From Takakia lepidozioides (taxonomy: Eukaryota; Plantae; Bryophyta), in assembly GCA_030704615.1 (NCBI GenBank), contig CM060734.1:53630001-53694000 (forward strand): 64,000 bases of DNA. The letters are read 5' to 3'. Position 1 is the first letter of the stretch. Every line of letters starts with the position of its first letter. Positions 1 to 14,580 of this stretch are shown here, piece after piece. The notes under the pieces were generated by a model. That model saw only the letters and a program-made list of their open reading frames with translations. It did no database searches and was not told the DNA's origin. Both the position numbers and the translations under genes were made by a program.

Positions 1-1992
1 GAGCTTTCTCTTTACAGACGTTATCAAGTTGACATTGATAAGTGTAAGTGTCCAATGGCGTGGTGGAAAGCTCATGAAGCCATGTTCCCTACGGTGGGAC
101 TTTTAGCTCGACAAATCTTGGGAATTGTTGGGAGTCAGATTGAAATTGAGAGAATTTTCCCTATAGCTGGAGTTCTCACTGCACTGCGCCGTTGCCGCCT
201 TCAAACAAATAATCTGGAAAAAATGATATTCATCGCCAAAAATTGGCGAAACGATCCCCAACTTGGATGTACTAATCCAAAAACTCTTACATAATTGTAG
301 GAGCAAGAAGAAGACTTAGTTGAGGAGCTTCAGGAGGAATTTGAGCAAGAAGTGGACTGAGAAGAATTTCCAGATGAAGATGATATCTGTCAAGATGTGT
401 GTCTGACCATGTCATGAGGTACTTTCAAAACCAGATTTCAGGTTTTTAGCCCGGTAATGTTTGTTTTAATTTGTTCACTTGTGATTTGTGCTTGATAGTA
501 TATGCGTGGATCAATTGTAGGTGAATTAAGGCATGAATAGTTCTTGGTGTGTGTCAATTTTCAGCTCGTGATTGGGACCAGAAGTATTGTGTTCTATAGG
601 ATGGTTAAGCTAACAGGCTTGACCTACGCACTCGGGTACACTGCCGCACATGTGGAGGCACGTTTGGTATGAAAAGGTTATGGTGATCAGGTCTCAATAT
701 GAGCAATTTATTGTATGGCTGTTTGGAGAGCATGGGTAGGCCAAGCACATGATGATCATGCCCTACTGCCTTCACTCTTCCATTTTTTTTTTGCAGTTGG
801 AAAACCAACGAAAGCAACTCATTCAGGTATGTCCCTGCTGCTTGCTTATGTCTGTGTTGGTCTTAGCCTCCCTTGGTCAACGAGCCCATGAGTTCTGTAT
901 TCTTTTGCATGATAGATTCTTTTGGTGACTTCTTTTCTCCTTCTTCTTCTGCCCGTGACAAACATGTAGCTCCTGCAACCCAAATAGGTTTTTTCCCGAA
1001 GCCTTAGTTGCACCGTTGGGCTTACTACAACTACTTATAGATCTGAGGGATCTTAATGTCTTGTGTCTTTTCCAGGGCAGCATGTTGCAAGAGAAGGTCA
1101 AATGATACAATGCTTTGATCTCGTATGTTGTTGAGATTTACTTCGCAACAATGGAAGGATGCTTTGTTGTGGGCTTGGAATTCAGATTAGGTATAGTCTT
1201 CAGCTGAGTTTGAAGCTGGGTCCACTCTCGTAGGATACGGATCTGGGTCTGCCTTCATTTGGGTTATCCATCTTCTCATTTTTCTATGAGTACATGCGAG
1301 ATGGAGCAATGTGGGCCGTGCCCCATTTTTTCTGCTGGTTGTAGTCTATACCAGTAAATTGTCTTTAGTAATTGTGTTACTTGCTTATTTTTATTGCAGT
1401 GGACTCTATGTGTTTTTGCAGCAACATACTTGACATAAGAACATTAGATTATAGTAGTATTTGTGTCCATTGACATTTTATATTGTTACGACCTACATGT
1501 TATGATGGTAGCAAGGTGGTCTTATTATGGCAGCGAGTCAGAATTGTAAAGTGAACTCCATCGTGTCCATGACTAACTAGTGGCCCTCACAACTGGTCTT
1601 TTTCTCATACACCTCATCCTACAAGGAGGCAACAAGAGGTTCTTGGAAATACTAATCAGAAGTGCTTGGTTTTATTTTCAGTTCACCAAAGTGCCTTAAG
1701 GTTCTTCTAACCGTAACCGTTTCAAGAACCGGCAGTTCTATCCGGGTTATAAAGTTTAAAATATATCCTAACCGGATTGGCTAACCGGCATATGCAAGTA
1801 GCCAAATAACCGGAACGTATCATAACCAGAAGATATGAAAAGACACTTAATAACCGGCTCCGCAGGTTCTTGAAAATCTTCAAAAAGTGATTAACCTGAA
1901 CTGGAGGTTCCTAGAAGACAGTCATGAAGAGAGAACCTGAACAGAGAACCTGAACGGGGTTATCAAAAATATTACATAACCACCCAACACTG
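1..1992 (+). mobile_element. 3' part of a hAT-superfamily DNA transposon (decayed transposase C-terminus, subterminal AACCGG repeats, right TIR)
   Basis: ORF 55-294 (WWKAHEAMFPTVGLLARQILGIVGSQIEIERIFPIAG...RRCRLQTNNLEKMIF) matches the hAT C-terminal dimerisation domain pattern. AACCGG/AACCTG motifs cluster at 1709-1980, and the tract ends in CAACACTG (reverse complement of CAGTGTTG) at 1985-1992, as expected for a hAT terminus. Confidence 0.7.
55..360 (+). pseudogene. hAT transposase dimerisation-domain fragment
   Basis: WW..H...FP....LAR..L.I..SQ..IERIF motif. Premature stops at 292-300 precede an acidic tail (EQEEDLVEELQEEFEQEVD). Confidence 0.8.
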
Positions 1993-2451
1993 GTCGGGAC
2001 ACTAGGCTAGACGGTGATGGAGTGCCGAGATGTGCGAGGAAATATTATGGCCGCAAGATCTTACGTTTGCGTGAATATGTGAGATCGTCGATTAAAATAG
2101 GGTCAGCGGACAGGATGAGATTGTTTCACGAGTGGGAAAAGCTGGGTTAGATGGCGGTGCGAGGGTTGAAGGCCGCGAGGAGAGGGCTTAACCAAGGTTA
2201 ACCACCAGCCGCATCTGCGTGCTGGACCTTGTCTCTCACCGGATCGACTTCCCCAGGGTAGAGAGATCGTGCAGAGCATGGCGGGGGGATCCTGAAAGGT
2301 TTGGGTTTGCAATCCTGAGTTGGGTTTTTGGCGATGTGCGTTTTTTGAGCAACCTCGGAACCTCGGGGCGTTGTGGGCTGTCGGGTGTGTTAGTGCTAGT
2401 GCAGGCCCCTCTGGAGAACAGCCCCCTCTTTTCCCCTCGGTGTGTTTAAGG

Positions 2452-5400
2452 ATGGCGCAACCGCTGGCCACCATGGACGAGGAGGCGCTGAAGAAGAACA
2501 CCGACTGTGTGTATTTTCTGGCGTCCCCACTGACTTGCAAGAAGGTATGTATGTTCGGACCTTATTTAGGTCTTGTGCTCTGTGTCTTGAAAATGTGATT
2601 ATAGCATTTTTACCTTGCAGACAGAAGTCTAGACTTGTGCTTGCTCGTTGAAATCCGTTTAGGGTTTTCTCTAAGAATGATTCTGTTTCATGATTCGCAA
2701 TCCGTTCGCGAAGTTCTCGAGTGGCCAACGGCTTAGTTGTGAAGTTCCCGCGGAGGGGAGAGCAAGTCTACCCTACCGTTTTGCTGTTGATCATCTGATA
2801 ACAGGCTGTATGAAATGGCCAGACAAGGATTGAAGTATGTTGTTGCGGTTCTCGGCATTTATGTTCTTGTTTGCTCTATGGTGCAGGGTAATGATTGTGA
2901 ATTCAGGCATAGCGAGAGTGCCAGGATCAACCCCAGGGACTGCTGGTATTGGTTGGGCGGCAAATGTCTGATGCCCGACTGTCCCTTTCGTCACCCGGTA
3001 GGTTTGGTCACAGCCTTTTGCACCTCCGCACGGGTATCTGTCTGGCTGTGTTTGGAAAGATTTGAGAATGCTTCTCTTTCCATAATCTTTGTTTGCAAGT
3101 CTTGGAGACTCTACTGAAGGGTGCTAGCTGTCTTCTTGTTTGGAGATGGTCTGGTTGGAGTGTTTGGGGGTAATACTTTCTGTATTACATACTTCACACT
3201 TTCTTCCTTTTTGTGATGGTTGAATTGGTAATTGTTCTGAGATAAGCTCAACATTGACTGGCATGATTGTAGCATCTTCATGGGTTAACCCCCATTGTCC
3301 ATTGTGTGGGGAACTTAATACAGACGTACATAATACAATGACCAAATTGCTGACTCTTTTTGTGGCTCTATCAGCCTTTAGAAGGCAGGCCAGCAGCAGG
3401 AACGGCAGGGGTTGGGCCACCTGTTCCAGGAGCTGCAGGTGTAAACAAATCGAGGACCCCCTGCTTCTTTTTTTCACAAGGATATTGTGCTAAAGGAGAT
3501 AAATGTCCCTACATGCATGGTACTACTTCCCCAGCACCAGGTTTACAGCAAGCACCCACCCATTCTCAGAGGTCTGTCAGAGCCGGTGGGGCAGAGTCAA
3601 ATGACAAGAAAACTGGGAGTGGAGCTGGTAACGGCGATGTTGTTTTGAAGCCGGCCTCAGTGGAGGCCTCTACAGATGCCCCCAACACAACCCTTGAAGC
3701 CAGGCGAGCAGCACATGGGGTTGGCAGGGGAACCTTACAAGTTAGCCCTAGGAAGGAAGGCCGAGCTGGAGGAGCATTCCTGCAGAATGGTGTAGTGAAA
3801 GGGAGGACAGATGGGCCACCAGCATTGAATAGTGCAGTGCCAGGTGGCAGCAGTCGGTTGCGTATACGGCAGGGGCAGCCTGGAGATGATCGGCTACAAA
3901 ATGGAATGGAGTCTGAGGAGTGGTGGGAGGAGTCCTCGCCTGGGTTCGATGTCCTGGTAGATGCAGGGCCAGATCGGTCACGGTACAATGAAGACCCAGA
4001 TTTTGGAGGCAGCCATGATAGTGGCTTGGAGCTCGGAAGGGTGGGCCCTGGTCAAAGAAGAGGCAGAGGCATGCATACTGCAGATGACATGGAGCAGTAT
4101 GACTATGAGTACGCAGGTTGTTTTGACCAGTTGGCGTATGATTCCGGTGGACAGTACAACCGTGGGGGCTATGAAGCCTACGAGCAGCAAGGCGGCCATG
4201 GCTATGACCACGCATCTGCATATGACCAAATGGGTCATCCGCGCGGTGTTGCATATGGAGACAGGATGAATGAGGAAATGTATGTAAGAGACAGAGAAAG
4301 GATGATGTCGAACAGGGATGGGGAAGGTCGACCTGGTAATAATCAACGAGGTTCTCGGATGTTGAAGCGTCACAGGGCGGATGGCCCACCACAGCATGTT
4401 CTGGACAACCATTCACGTAGGCAACGGACAGAGTTCTCAGACGAGTACCCATCCCATGGACGGGTACAGGATGATTCTCAAAAGTTGCATGAGCAGCACT
4501 TGCGACAGCAGCTATTTGTCCAGCAGCAAGGCATCAGTAAGTCCAATAGTGGCAATTTGCGGCGATCGACCGAACGATCCGCTGGGGAATCCGGTGGGGT
4601 TGCCCGTCGGGCATTACTGGATATGAAAGAGGAGCATGTGGGACCTCCAGTGGAGAGAACGACCACCAAGAACTTGCTGAAGGGGCGTGGCGCTTTTGGA
4701 GAGGTGCCTGGGATTGGCACCAAGGGTGACCATGAGCAGGCTGGGCATAGAGGAGAAAGTGGGCGGTCCATGACGAGGGCTGGAGATGGAGAGCGATTTG
4801 GCCTTATTAGGAGGGACAATGATCGGGGCAGGGGAGCTCCAAAGGGTGTAGAAGGTATGCCAGAGACAGAGGTGAGGGGTTTGGGAGGATCTTCGGCAGG
4901 TATGCGGCGCAGCGAGGTGAAGAAAGAACAGCCCTCAAGTTTTGCAGGACCGAAAAGCTTGGCACAGATACTAGCAGAAAAGAAGAAAGGAGGACCTGTG
5001 GAGGATAGTTTAAAAGTGGGAGAGATGCCTGTTGATACTGGGAAAGCCGTTCAGTCAAGAGAAAGAGAGGTGCATGATGAGGCAATGGACTTGCCCAGTG
5101 AATCCACTGGGTTGGTTGCAGAGTCTGGTGGTTATGAAGGCAGCAAGGGTGCTCCATCTGTAAAAAATCAAAATCAAGTGGCGTCTGCATTGACGTCAGA
5201 GCATTTTCCTGGTGAAGGTGCATTGGAGGAAAGAAAGATAAGCTTGGGCAGGGTGGTAGGTCAGGAGCCTACAAAGGTTGCAAGTTTTGTTGGGCCTAAA
5301 TCATTGAGTGCCATTCTACAAGCAAAGCGCAAAGCAGATTTAGAGACTGCAGAAAGCCCAGAGGAAACTACGCGGGGCCACATCCGCAGACGGGTTACTC

Positions 5401-5867
5401 AGAGGGTAGGTGACAGTGTGGTTGTAAAAGCATCTGCAGGTACAGGCATGGACGTAGAAGATGGAGAACTTTTGCCAGATGCTGAACTTGCCAGGACTAC
5501 AGATTATTCGGAGCATCCGACTCTCATGCACCAAACCTCCAATCAAACGGTTGATAAGTCGAGTAGTGATGCTACAATTGTGGCCACAAGGGAGAGCAAG
5601 AGGTTACAGGACGATGATGGTGAGGGCACATTGCTGACTTCAGGGGATAACAATGGGGATGTTGATTATGCAATAAGTGTGGCAAGGAGTGCGGAGGAAC
5701 TGGACCCCATTGACACAGTCGGGGAAGAACCTGAGCACATAGAGACTGCTGGGTATGAGGCAGATACAGGGGACAAGGATATTTCAGAGCCCGAAGAAGA
5801 TGATGAGGAGTATGATGAGGAGGAGGATGATGATTTTGCGAAGAAACTGGGTGGTTTCTTCTCTTAA
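2452..5867 (+). CDS. CCCH zinc-finger protein (C3H17/ZC3H11-like), 3 coding exons: 2452-2544, 2887-2997, 3375-5867
   Basis: Exons read KKNTDCVYFLASPLTCKK | GNDCEFRHSESARINPRDCWYWLGGKCLMPDCPFRHP | PLEG...TPCFFFSQGYCAKGDKCPYMHG, giving three CCCH fingers. GT-AG junctions are in frame. Two F(A/V)GPKSL..IL..K motifs and an acidic C-terminus DDDFAKKLGGFFS are present. Confidence 0.9.
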
Positions 5868-8800
5868 ATCTCCTGGTAAGAGATGTTGTCTTTGGTCACT
5901 GTTTAAGGGAGAGAGCACCTGCACTCAGTAATTCTGTAACTTACATCTCACGCTGAAGAAATGTGTTGAAAGAGTTAATTGTTCTCCAGGCGAGTTTGGT
6001 TATTAGCCACACTATTAAGCTAGCTTGAGCTTCTAGGCAAGAACTAGACAAGACCTAAGCAAGAATGAGGGAAAGCCCTTCCAACTACCCATTATACACC
6101 TAGTTTCCGCAGGCGTGCTGAAATGATGCAAGGGAAGGTGAGTTCCCTGCTCTGATGGACTGTCTTCAGTTGCTGTCAAGTCGTCTATACTGATCCTTGT
6201 GGTTACCCAATTATTTTGTAAGTGGAGGTAAGGAAGTGGTCGTTTTTCAAGACAAGCATATATTTGAGAAACTTCCTCGTTGAACTTCTCTCTGTTGTGA
6301 GGTGAGTTTGCCTTGTGACAAGATAATTGTGGCTAGCATTGGAGCTGTACTATCCATGGGTAATGGAGTTACACCTTTTTCCTCCGTGGACCAAGTCACT
6401 TTTGTGACAGTGTGGTTGAATTCTAGGTCTAACTACAATTTTTTGTATTTTGCAGCTTCCTGCCAAGCATGACTTTCAGCCAACCTGCAGTGCTATCATG
6501 AGCAACATTTCACGAAGGCTGCAAGTCGAAAAAATGGTGTTGGAGATCTTTCTTGCAGTCCACCTAGCTTTTTGGAGGATTTTGGGCTCCACCCTTGAAT
6601 CTCTGAATTTTTCTCTCAAGGCCGAGGATTGGGGACAAGCTTGCAGTCCTGAAGCTTAAATAGGCTCCTGCAATAGAGAGATTATTCAATATGGCAATTC
6701 TTATGTAGCTTAGCAAAGCCCTGTGGTTCCCTTGAGAAGTTAATGGTCAGCAGAGTTATGTAGAGCTACATCAAGTACAAAGAGCAGCAATTTCCTTTTG
6801 CGAATGCACATGGTTATGCTGTTTCCTCTCTTTGTCCATATTTTTGGGGTGGGAATCCGTTCAGGTCCATCAAAGTTTACAAGATTCAGCTACCTGCTAT
6901 TTAGATATCAATTACAAAAGGGGTGTGAGTGAGTCCTGGCCCAATTCTTCTTCAATTTGTAATCTGTATTTTAGTTCAAACCTTTGTTGGTTTTTAGTGT
7001 ATGGGTTCAGTGAGTCTTTTCTCCAATCAGGTTTTATGTCAGGCTTTTGGTTGTCTTTTCTCATCAAAACTCTGCTAATAATCAACTCTGCATGCAGAGA
7101 GGGTGGCAGATAAGAACTTGTATCTATGAAAAGACAATGAAAATACCTTGTCTTGGACTCTCTTTCGCTGTGTCTTGGATCTCTTGGGAGGATTAGCAGT
7201 CATAGGGGACTGCAATGTGATGCTTCAGCACAAAAGAAAGGGAGGTGAGCTACCAGGTCCCTTTCACAAAAAATAATCAAGGGTGGTGATTGCATTGTAT
7301 TCACCAGAAGGAAAGCCACTATTTGCTTGTGCCTGAAACACCAAAAAGGACTCAGAGCAACACAATGTAAATTAATTTACCCAAGATCAAAATCCATCTG
7401 ATGCACTTCAACAACCTCTGACAGGTACTTGTCTCTGCTCGTCTCATGCACTCCTGCCCTACAAACTACGATCCGTCTAAAGTGATCATGCAGTCATAGC
7501 TGAGCAGCATGCCTAGCATCTAGAGCTTTGACAACAATGCTCGGGAGAAAGAGATTGAACCATACCCTGCAGTGATCAGCACTTGCCTTACCTGGTAGCC
7601 ATCTACAGACCCTATGTGTTTCCTTTTCACAGTATTATTGTGCTTAGTACATACTGTTCTCCACAAATCTGGCTCAATACAGCGACTACGGTGATGCCTC
7701 ATGTACAACGGTAGCTCACGTATGATGGGTATGCAGTCTGGACCCTATTTGCAATTAAGAGACCGCTGAAGACAGTTTTGATTCGAGTTGGGTCCACAAG
7801 TGAAGCCGAAGATAAAAGAGAGATCTGGGTGAACCGGGACTTTCTTTCGAAGTCTTAGTCGAGCACAATCGTCCGACGCTTTCCACTAAGAAACTGGCAG
7901 CTCGTCTGTACATCATCTTTCGCAGAAGAATAAAGCAACGTTGCAGCGTCTGGACGTCTGGACAGATTTCTTTCCGAATCCCAAAGTCCACATGCTCTCA
8001 ATTCCATCGCTGGTTGGGGCCCATGAAGCTGTGTCAAAACTAGCTTGAGGATCTCACCACCCTATCCTGTGCTTCATTCTTTGCACCATGATTGTTCTCG
8101 ATGGTGTCATAACGGCGATGTCACAGACGGTAACCCAGTGGGCTCACGAGCACAGTAGTACTCGTGGCATGAATTCAAATAAAGAATTATGAATTGCAGC
8201 AGCAGCTCATGCCTACAGTACAGTGTGCTGGCCATGAGATTCCGGGACATCTGCTGATCTGCTGCATTCGTTTGTTGACAAATGTTCAGAGACTTGTCTG
8301 TGATAACACAATACACATGGCAATTGTATGGTCACATGGACCCTCACAATGCATGTCAGCTGTCGGGAGGGGACGGCCTCTTTACAAACGTTCTTGCCTC
8401 ACCGAGCCTGCTAACCGCAGTCAATTCCACCATGAATCTTTTCCCTTAGGAGCAACTTTGCGCTGAAATATATCTCACTGAGAACGCGACTATTGTTGCA
8501 CTAAATAGAACAGCTTGTGATTGCATCGATCGACCCCCTCACGGTGGTAAAGGCTTTTGAAGTTAGTGCAACAGCGATTTTGAGCAGGGGACTCCCGTGA
8601 TTTCGCTCTAGAGACTGTACATGATAAGCTCAACGAGATTGCTAGGTTCAACATGACACCTTCCGCGAGTGCCGTCAAACCCTGATGATGCCGGTTGGGG
8701 TAATTAATACGATGAGTCTCTTCGCCACATGATAGTCCGAACATTGAATACCTTTTGTGAAGGGCATGGCCCTCTTTGGAGATTGGGGCCCCACAACCGG

Positions 8801-10911
8801 GATTAGAACTGCTTACATGTATCATTAAGGTACACCTGGTCGGCCAGTGTGTGCCGCACTTAGAATATGAAACGAAATGAAATGACTCTGCAGAAATGCT
8901 ACACCTGGTAGGGGGTCACCGACATGCCTGACAAGGGCTTATCAGACATAATTTCCTCAGCCTACATGCATGTCATGAAGGTGGTGGCAAGTGTACCAGC
9001 CAGAGACACCAATTGAGAAATCCCATTTGCCTTGCATGTAAACAGTCGGCTATGTCATGGGGGCCATCGAAGTACGTCCAATAACTAGTCTCAGCACGGC
9101 TCTTTCCAAGCACCATTCAACCCCTGCCAGCATCTAGCTATCCAACACACCTGGGCTTTGCAACTGTTCACCCAAAGGATTACTTTGCAGCGATTTTTCC
9201 TGCAAAAGCATCACTCTAAGCACTAAATTGTTCAGGAGACGGACATTGGGTAGAATTGCATCTTTGGAAATGGTCCGAGCCGGATCACAACGAAGACCCA
9301 TGTCGCAACTTGGTTCAAGCTTCTATACCTGGCTAGAGCGGGATTAAGCTAAAAGGCAGCTAGCTAAGGACATTCCAAGCTGGGAGCGAAGGGATTACGC
9401 TAGAGCTGCCAGTCTAATGAGCATATCTTTTGAACTGTCCTGGTGCATCTGTAAAACACCACCTTATATTTGATGGAGGAGCTCAGGGATACAAAAGGAA
9501 GGTAGAGATCTCTACTAAAAGCACATACTCCGAATGAAGTAAAGTGTTGATCCAACTTCAGCTGTGATCCGACACCGACAGAAACAATCAAATTAACGTG
9601 TGCGACTAAGTCTTAGGGGAAGCGATCTCCCTGCGATCATCCGTGAGGGTGACGAGGCAACAACTCCTTTGGATAACTGCGCCACGTTGGATGCTGCGAC
9701 TGCACTCTCACCTAACTTTCAGCAGCAGCTCCCAACTGTGACTTCGCAGATTGCCAACGAGAGTGACGACCCCAGACAGACAAGTGGGGGGCTCCACTGT
9801 AGCCCACGAGGCGTGGCGGCACTTGTCGGGCATCCCCTTTGGCTGCCCGCGGGCACCTTCTGGGTAGCCCGAGTGCCTGGCCGGGCAGAAGCTTGACTTT
9901 TCAGACATCAAGGCAAGCAACCTTATTTTTTTCGAGGAAGAATGAAGGCCAGGCTGTTTTGTAGTAGGTAGTACTTCGGAAATTATTTTGTATGCCACAT
10001 GAATCCCGTGAAGGCAAGCTGCCATACCCCACCACCATATCTATTCATCCGGGAAGTCTCTGCTTATGGCTTCTCCCTCTCGAAAGGAGAAATGAAATGA
10101 AATGGTGCCCATCTGAAATGGTTCCCATCTCTCGGCAAAAAGAAAAAACTCAATCTGGAGTCACCAGCTCTTTCCACATGGGCGCCAGGATGGCTGTGGA
10201 ATTGCAGTGAGGCAATGACAAGATGCCAAAGCACTGTCTGGGTTCGTAGAGTGGGTAGTATGACGTGGGTGTGATGGGGTTTGGGTTTGCAGGAATTGGG
10301 AAACACTGGGAGAGAGTGTGAAGAGAAGGGATTGATTGATGTGTGCAGGGCGTGGAAAGGAGGGGGGAATCGAAAGGACTGAGCACCATTCATGTGAGGC
10401 AAGCAACTCTACCTTCACACGCTCCCTTCCATGCACGTGGCAAATGCCAAGAGACGAGGAACAGGGTGAATGCAGGATAGGGAAGCGGGCAGGGTGGGCA
10501 GGGGCAGGGAGAGACAAACTGGAGCCAAGAAGAGAGGTGTGAGGTGTGGTGGGGCGGGGCTGGTTTGAAAGCTCATGAGCATTCCTGGGCTCTTTCTATA
10601 TAAGAGTTGGTTTGCACAATCCAGATCGTAATCTGAAGCGCATCTCTCGTGGGTTTCTCGTCTAATCCTGCTTGAGACGTGGAAGTGTTGCAGTACCAGT
10701 TGTTGGGTTGCCTTCGGAAACGTAAGAGTCCTACCGGCAATAGTGGAGTTTGCAGGTGTGCAAGCTTCTGGATGAGATATTGGTCGATAGGGGAAGGATT
10801 TCTCGCAATAAGCAACGATCTGATGTTTCTGTGATTCCGGAGGTTCTATATAGTGTCGATATCGGTGATCGCGAGACTAGAGATTGTGACAGTGTGGTGC
10901 GTTGTCAACTG

Positions 10912-12069
10912 ATGTCCATGGCAAGCTCCAAGAAGCCGAATCCTTTGGCGTTGACATCGCTGAATCATATCTCACGTAATTGTGCAAACGTTGAGGAGTC
11001 TGTGAAGTTCTACGAACATGTTTTGGGATTTATCCCCATAAAGAGGCCCGGATCTTTCAATTTCGACGGAGCCTGGTAAGCCAGCGCCCAGAACCGTAGA
11101 ATGCGGCGGGGATAATGCTTGTGTAGATTGAGCATGCGGGCTACTTTTCATGTCAGCGGGTAGTAAATATTTGTAGTTCTATACTGACGGTTGCTGGAAT
11201 GCCTTGTTTTTTAGAATGACGGTCAGTGAGGTTGGTTTCTCTGCTTCTATGATTGAACTACGAAATGAAACCGCTGTGGCTGTGCAAGGGCAGATCGTTC
11301 CTGTCAATTCGCTTATAGGTCTGTTGGGAAAGATGTGCCTTGCATCTGGAGTCAGTATAATTGCTGAGGAGATGTGCATGACATCTTATTTCATTCCAGG
11401 CTGTTCAATCACGGAATAAGCATCCATTTACTTCAAGCTGAAGGCGACGAGCTGGACACGTCTTCCACTACAAAGAAGGAACTGAATCCGAGAGACGATC
11501 ACATATCATTCCAGGTAGCTATACTATCCTCCCCCTCACTGTTATTTGCTTACCCGATGTCCCACGTTCATGTGTATTTTCTCTGTCCATAGTCAATCCA
11601 CGTTTTCTCTTTCAAACCAATCTGTGGTTCTGCATTTGGTTTCATATTTATAGGGAGAGTGGAACAGTAAGTTGTCTGTTATTCTGACGTATCTTATGGC
11701 TTATTTGACGGTCTTATTGGACTGTTGTTATCGGCACTGACGTTCGACTACTGTGTATGACAGTGTGAGGACCTTGTCTTAGTGGAGAAGCAGGTGCAAG
11801 AGCACCGTATCAAGTACACCATGCGCGAGGTTCAGGAGGGAGGTATTATGGTGGAGCAGCTGTTCTTTCACGACCCAGATGGATTCATGATAGAAGTCTG
11901 CAATTGTGAGAAGCTTCCTGTGGTGCCTCTGCAAGGGCCTGTTGCTTGCCTCAGATATCCATCAAGAAAACGGACGGCTCCCATTCCCGTGCTTCCAGAC
12001 ACAGTCACACAACAGCTTCAATCCGAGTACAGTCTGATAGGAAATGAGCAATTTGCAATGTGTGTATAG
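10912..12069 (+). CDS. VOC/glyoxalase I-like (lactoylglutathione lyase family) protein, exons 10912-11075, 11400-11514, 11764-12069
   Basis: SLNHISRNCANVEESVKFYEHVLGFIPIKRPGSFNFDGAW | LFNHGISIHLLQ...NPRDDHISFQ | CEDL...QLFFHDPDGFMIEVCNCEKLPVVPL, with canonical splice sites. Confidence 0.92.
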
Positions 12070-14275
12070 AGTAGTATCAAACATGCCATAGCTCCTCCTT
12101 ACATTTGGAAGCCAGGAAAGCTATTCATGGCCACACAGGGGGAGCAGGCTGCTTATAATGAAGCCAGGGGAAAGCTGGCCACAAGGGGAGGAGGATGTTT
12201 ATAACAACTGACATACATAGCAGGACAGAGTAGCATAACTTTACATAATTGGGGCAGGAGGTAGTGATCCGATTAGAGCAGTTAAGCAATTTTGTAAGGA
12301 AAGATTGTGCAGGAGTGTGCAGAAAAGAGTTGGATCCCTCATGTATATATAGGATTAAATCACATCGCTGTTCAATTGTTGAGCTGAAGCCATTCGAATG
12401 CACTGCTGGCTGAGCAATAAAACTCGTCAGGAAATTTTGGATTCTGTTCAAGTGAGACACTCTTGTCGTCTCTTGGCAATGCGTCAACATTGATGCTTTG
12501 CCCTTTCTGGATGATTGTGGGATTATTTATGATGATGCCATGAACCAATGGGTGGGCACTCCCTTCATTCATTAGATAACCCATGGCTTTCTGTGGGCTT
12601 TCCTTCTGTTGCGAACTTTGATTGGATTCCACACAGTACAGTTTGGTAACAGCTTTGTATGAGTGTGGTCAAGATTTGAGAGAAAAATCTCTACCGCTGG
12701 AAATTCTGAAAATTATATCAATCTGTTAAGTCTTTGTTGGGGCTATTGTTCACAGGAGTGATGGAAAATTGGCCGCGAAATGATTTCACTGCTCAATTAC
12801 TGCACAGTATTTGACAAGGCACATATCTGGCAACTCTTGTGGGCCACTATGGATTTCAACAGCCACCAGGTGTATGCAAACAAACATCATAATGCTACAA
12901 AAACGAAATGAAATGGTGCTTTATAACGTCCGCGGAAAGCTCATAGAGCTTATGGGACAAACCAAGAAAAGTGTGGCAAGAAGTACCTTTGCTGCACACA
13001 TCACAACACCCAATTGTGAGGAAAGAACAAAGAGGATAAGATCTCGAGACAGGAAAGTTGACAATTAGATAACCATCAAGAAAAACTCACGGAGTACATA
13101 CAACTAGGACCAATCTTTCTATCTTCAGGATGTGTATTGGTGGGAGCAGGTGTAAAACAACCAATTACAGAAATGCTTGCACCAGGCAGAATCGGTAAAG
13201 CCAATCAGGAGACGCATCTGATCGAATTCGGCCACTGTTAACAGATTTCTACCGGTTCCTGTCCACTATTCCTGGAAAGAAAACCCAATGTGTGCGCGCT
13301 CTCCAAGAAGTTGAGGCTAACAACGCTCTCGATCAGTGTGAGTGCCCCCCAACTAACTCAATGTCATACAAACATGTACTGCAAACGAGTGCGCTAAAAT
13401 ATATCTGTCAATCCCAAGCCGGGGACAACGTTCTTCATTTGTCATGCCTTTGATTCAAAACACAATAGCCATGCACTGCCACACAAATTGGCTACTATCA
13501 GCCATGTAGACAACTGGGAGTTCTCTTCTGAAGTTCACTCTCTGGAAATTTAAGCCATGTCTTACCAAGTCATTCTGAACTTCTACACTTTCCCTGCTCA
13601 GTCTCTCACAGATCTCACAAAAAGGCATAACCCCAACACCATCTTCTCTCCTTGGCATCAAGAAAGTTGATAATTGTTCTTCACTTCATGTTCATATGTA
13701 GAAGCAACAAACGTCTTATAGCCTTTTTACACTATGGCAGGTCCCAACGTGGTTGTTTCCTACCAGCTCATGTGTAACTATACTTTCTCACAAGGTTTGC
13801 CTGTCATGGGTGCGAAAGCGTATGGGCTCTGGTGTTGCAATTCTACTCCTCATTGGGCTCCCTCCCTTTTAATCCCCCTCCATCCTTGCCTTTGCTGAAC
13901 GTCCTTCCTAGACATACCATGCTCAAATGCCCAGTCTGGGCATGTCTTAGAGCGCATACTTTGTGATATGTTTGGGAAAGTTGGTGCTCTTGGATTTACG
14001 AGGGGAAATCCCCCAGCACAGATCAATTTTTTTTAATATTTATAATGATCTGGTGACTAAGGGGCGTAAAGCTTGGGTCTCCCTTTGTGCAGCTCTTCCC
14101 AAAGCTTTGGACCAACGCAGGAGGCAGCTATACCAGGATTTCGATCTCTCCTGGGGCAAGGGCGGCATGCTTGGCATCCGTCTTTCCGAAGACAAGCTTA
14201 TGTTGGAAAGATACAATCCCCATGGTGATGGAGACGGAGGCGACTATAACTGGAGGCACAAGCGGGCTCTCAGGA

Positions 14276-14580
14276 CGTTAAAAGCAGGTGTGGCAGATTC
14301 CGCCACTTTTTCGGCCTAATTCTCAGGCCGAATCGGCCACCCAGGACAGAATCGGCAGGGATGGCCGATTACGCACAGAGGACGGTAGGTACGCAGAGAG
14401 GACGGCAGACCTACCACCGAGGTCCATGTCATCAGCCATTAACCCACCGGCCTTCAACTGAGGCTCGCCCCGTTTATATCCTCCGGGGGGCTCTGAATCT
14501 GGGCAATCGATATGGGATAATCAAACCTCAATCATATAGCGCCACGTAGCGGCGAGAATCCGCCACACCTGCTTTTAACG
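14276..14580. mobile_element. MITE-like element with ~25-bp terminal inverted repeats
   Basis: CGTTAAAAGCAGGTGTGGCAGATTC (14276-14300) matches the reverse complement of 14556-14580 at 24 of 25 positions. No convincing coding capacity. TSD not resolved. Confidence 0.6.

Noticed and set aside
3566-5546. Several minus-strand and alternative-frame ORFs within the CCCH gene
   Set aside because: Shadows of the long 835-aa exon ORF.
7500-10550. Numerous 60-120-aa ORFs between the CCCH and VOC genes
   Set aside because: No motifs or splice-consistent structure; compatible with random ORFs.
13963-14319. 118-aa ORF, possibly a LINE C-terminal remnant
   Set aside because: Only a vague resemblance with no diagnostic motif, and its end runs into the MITE TIR.
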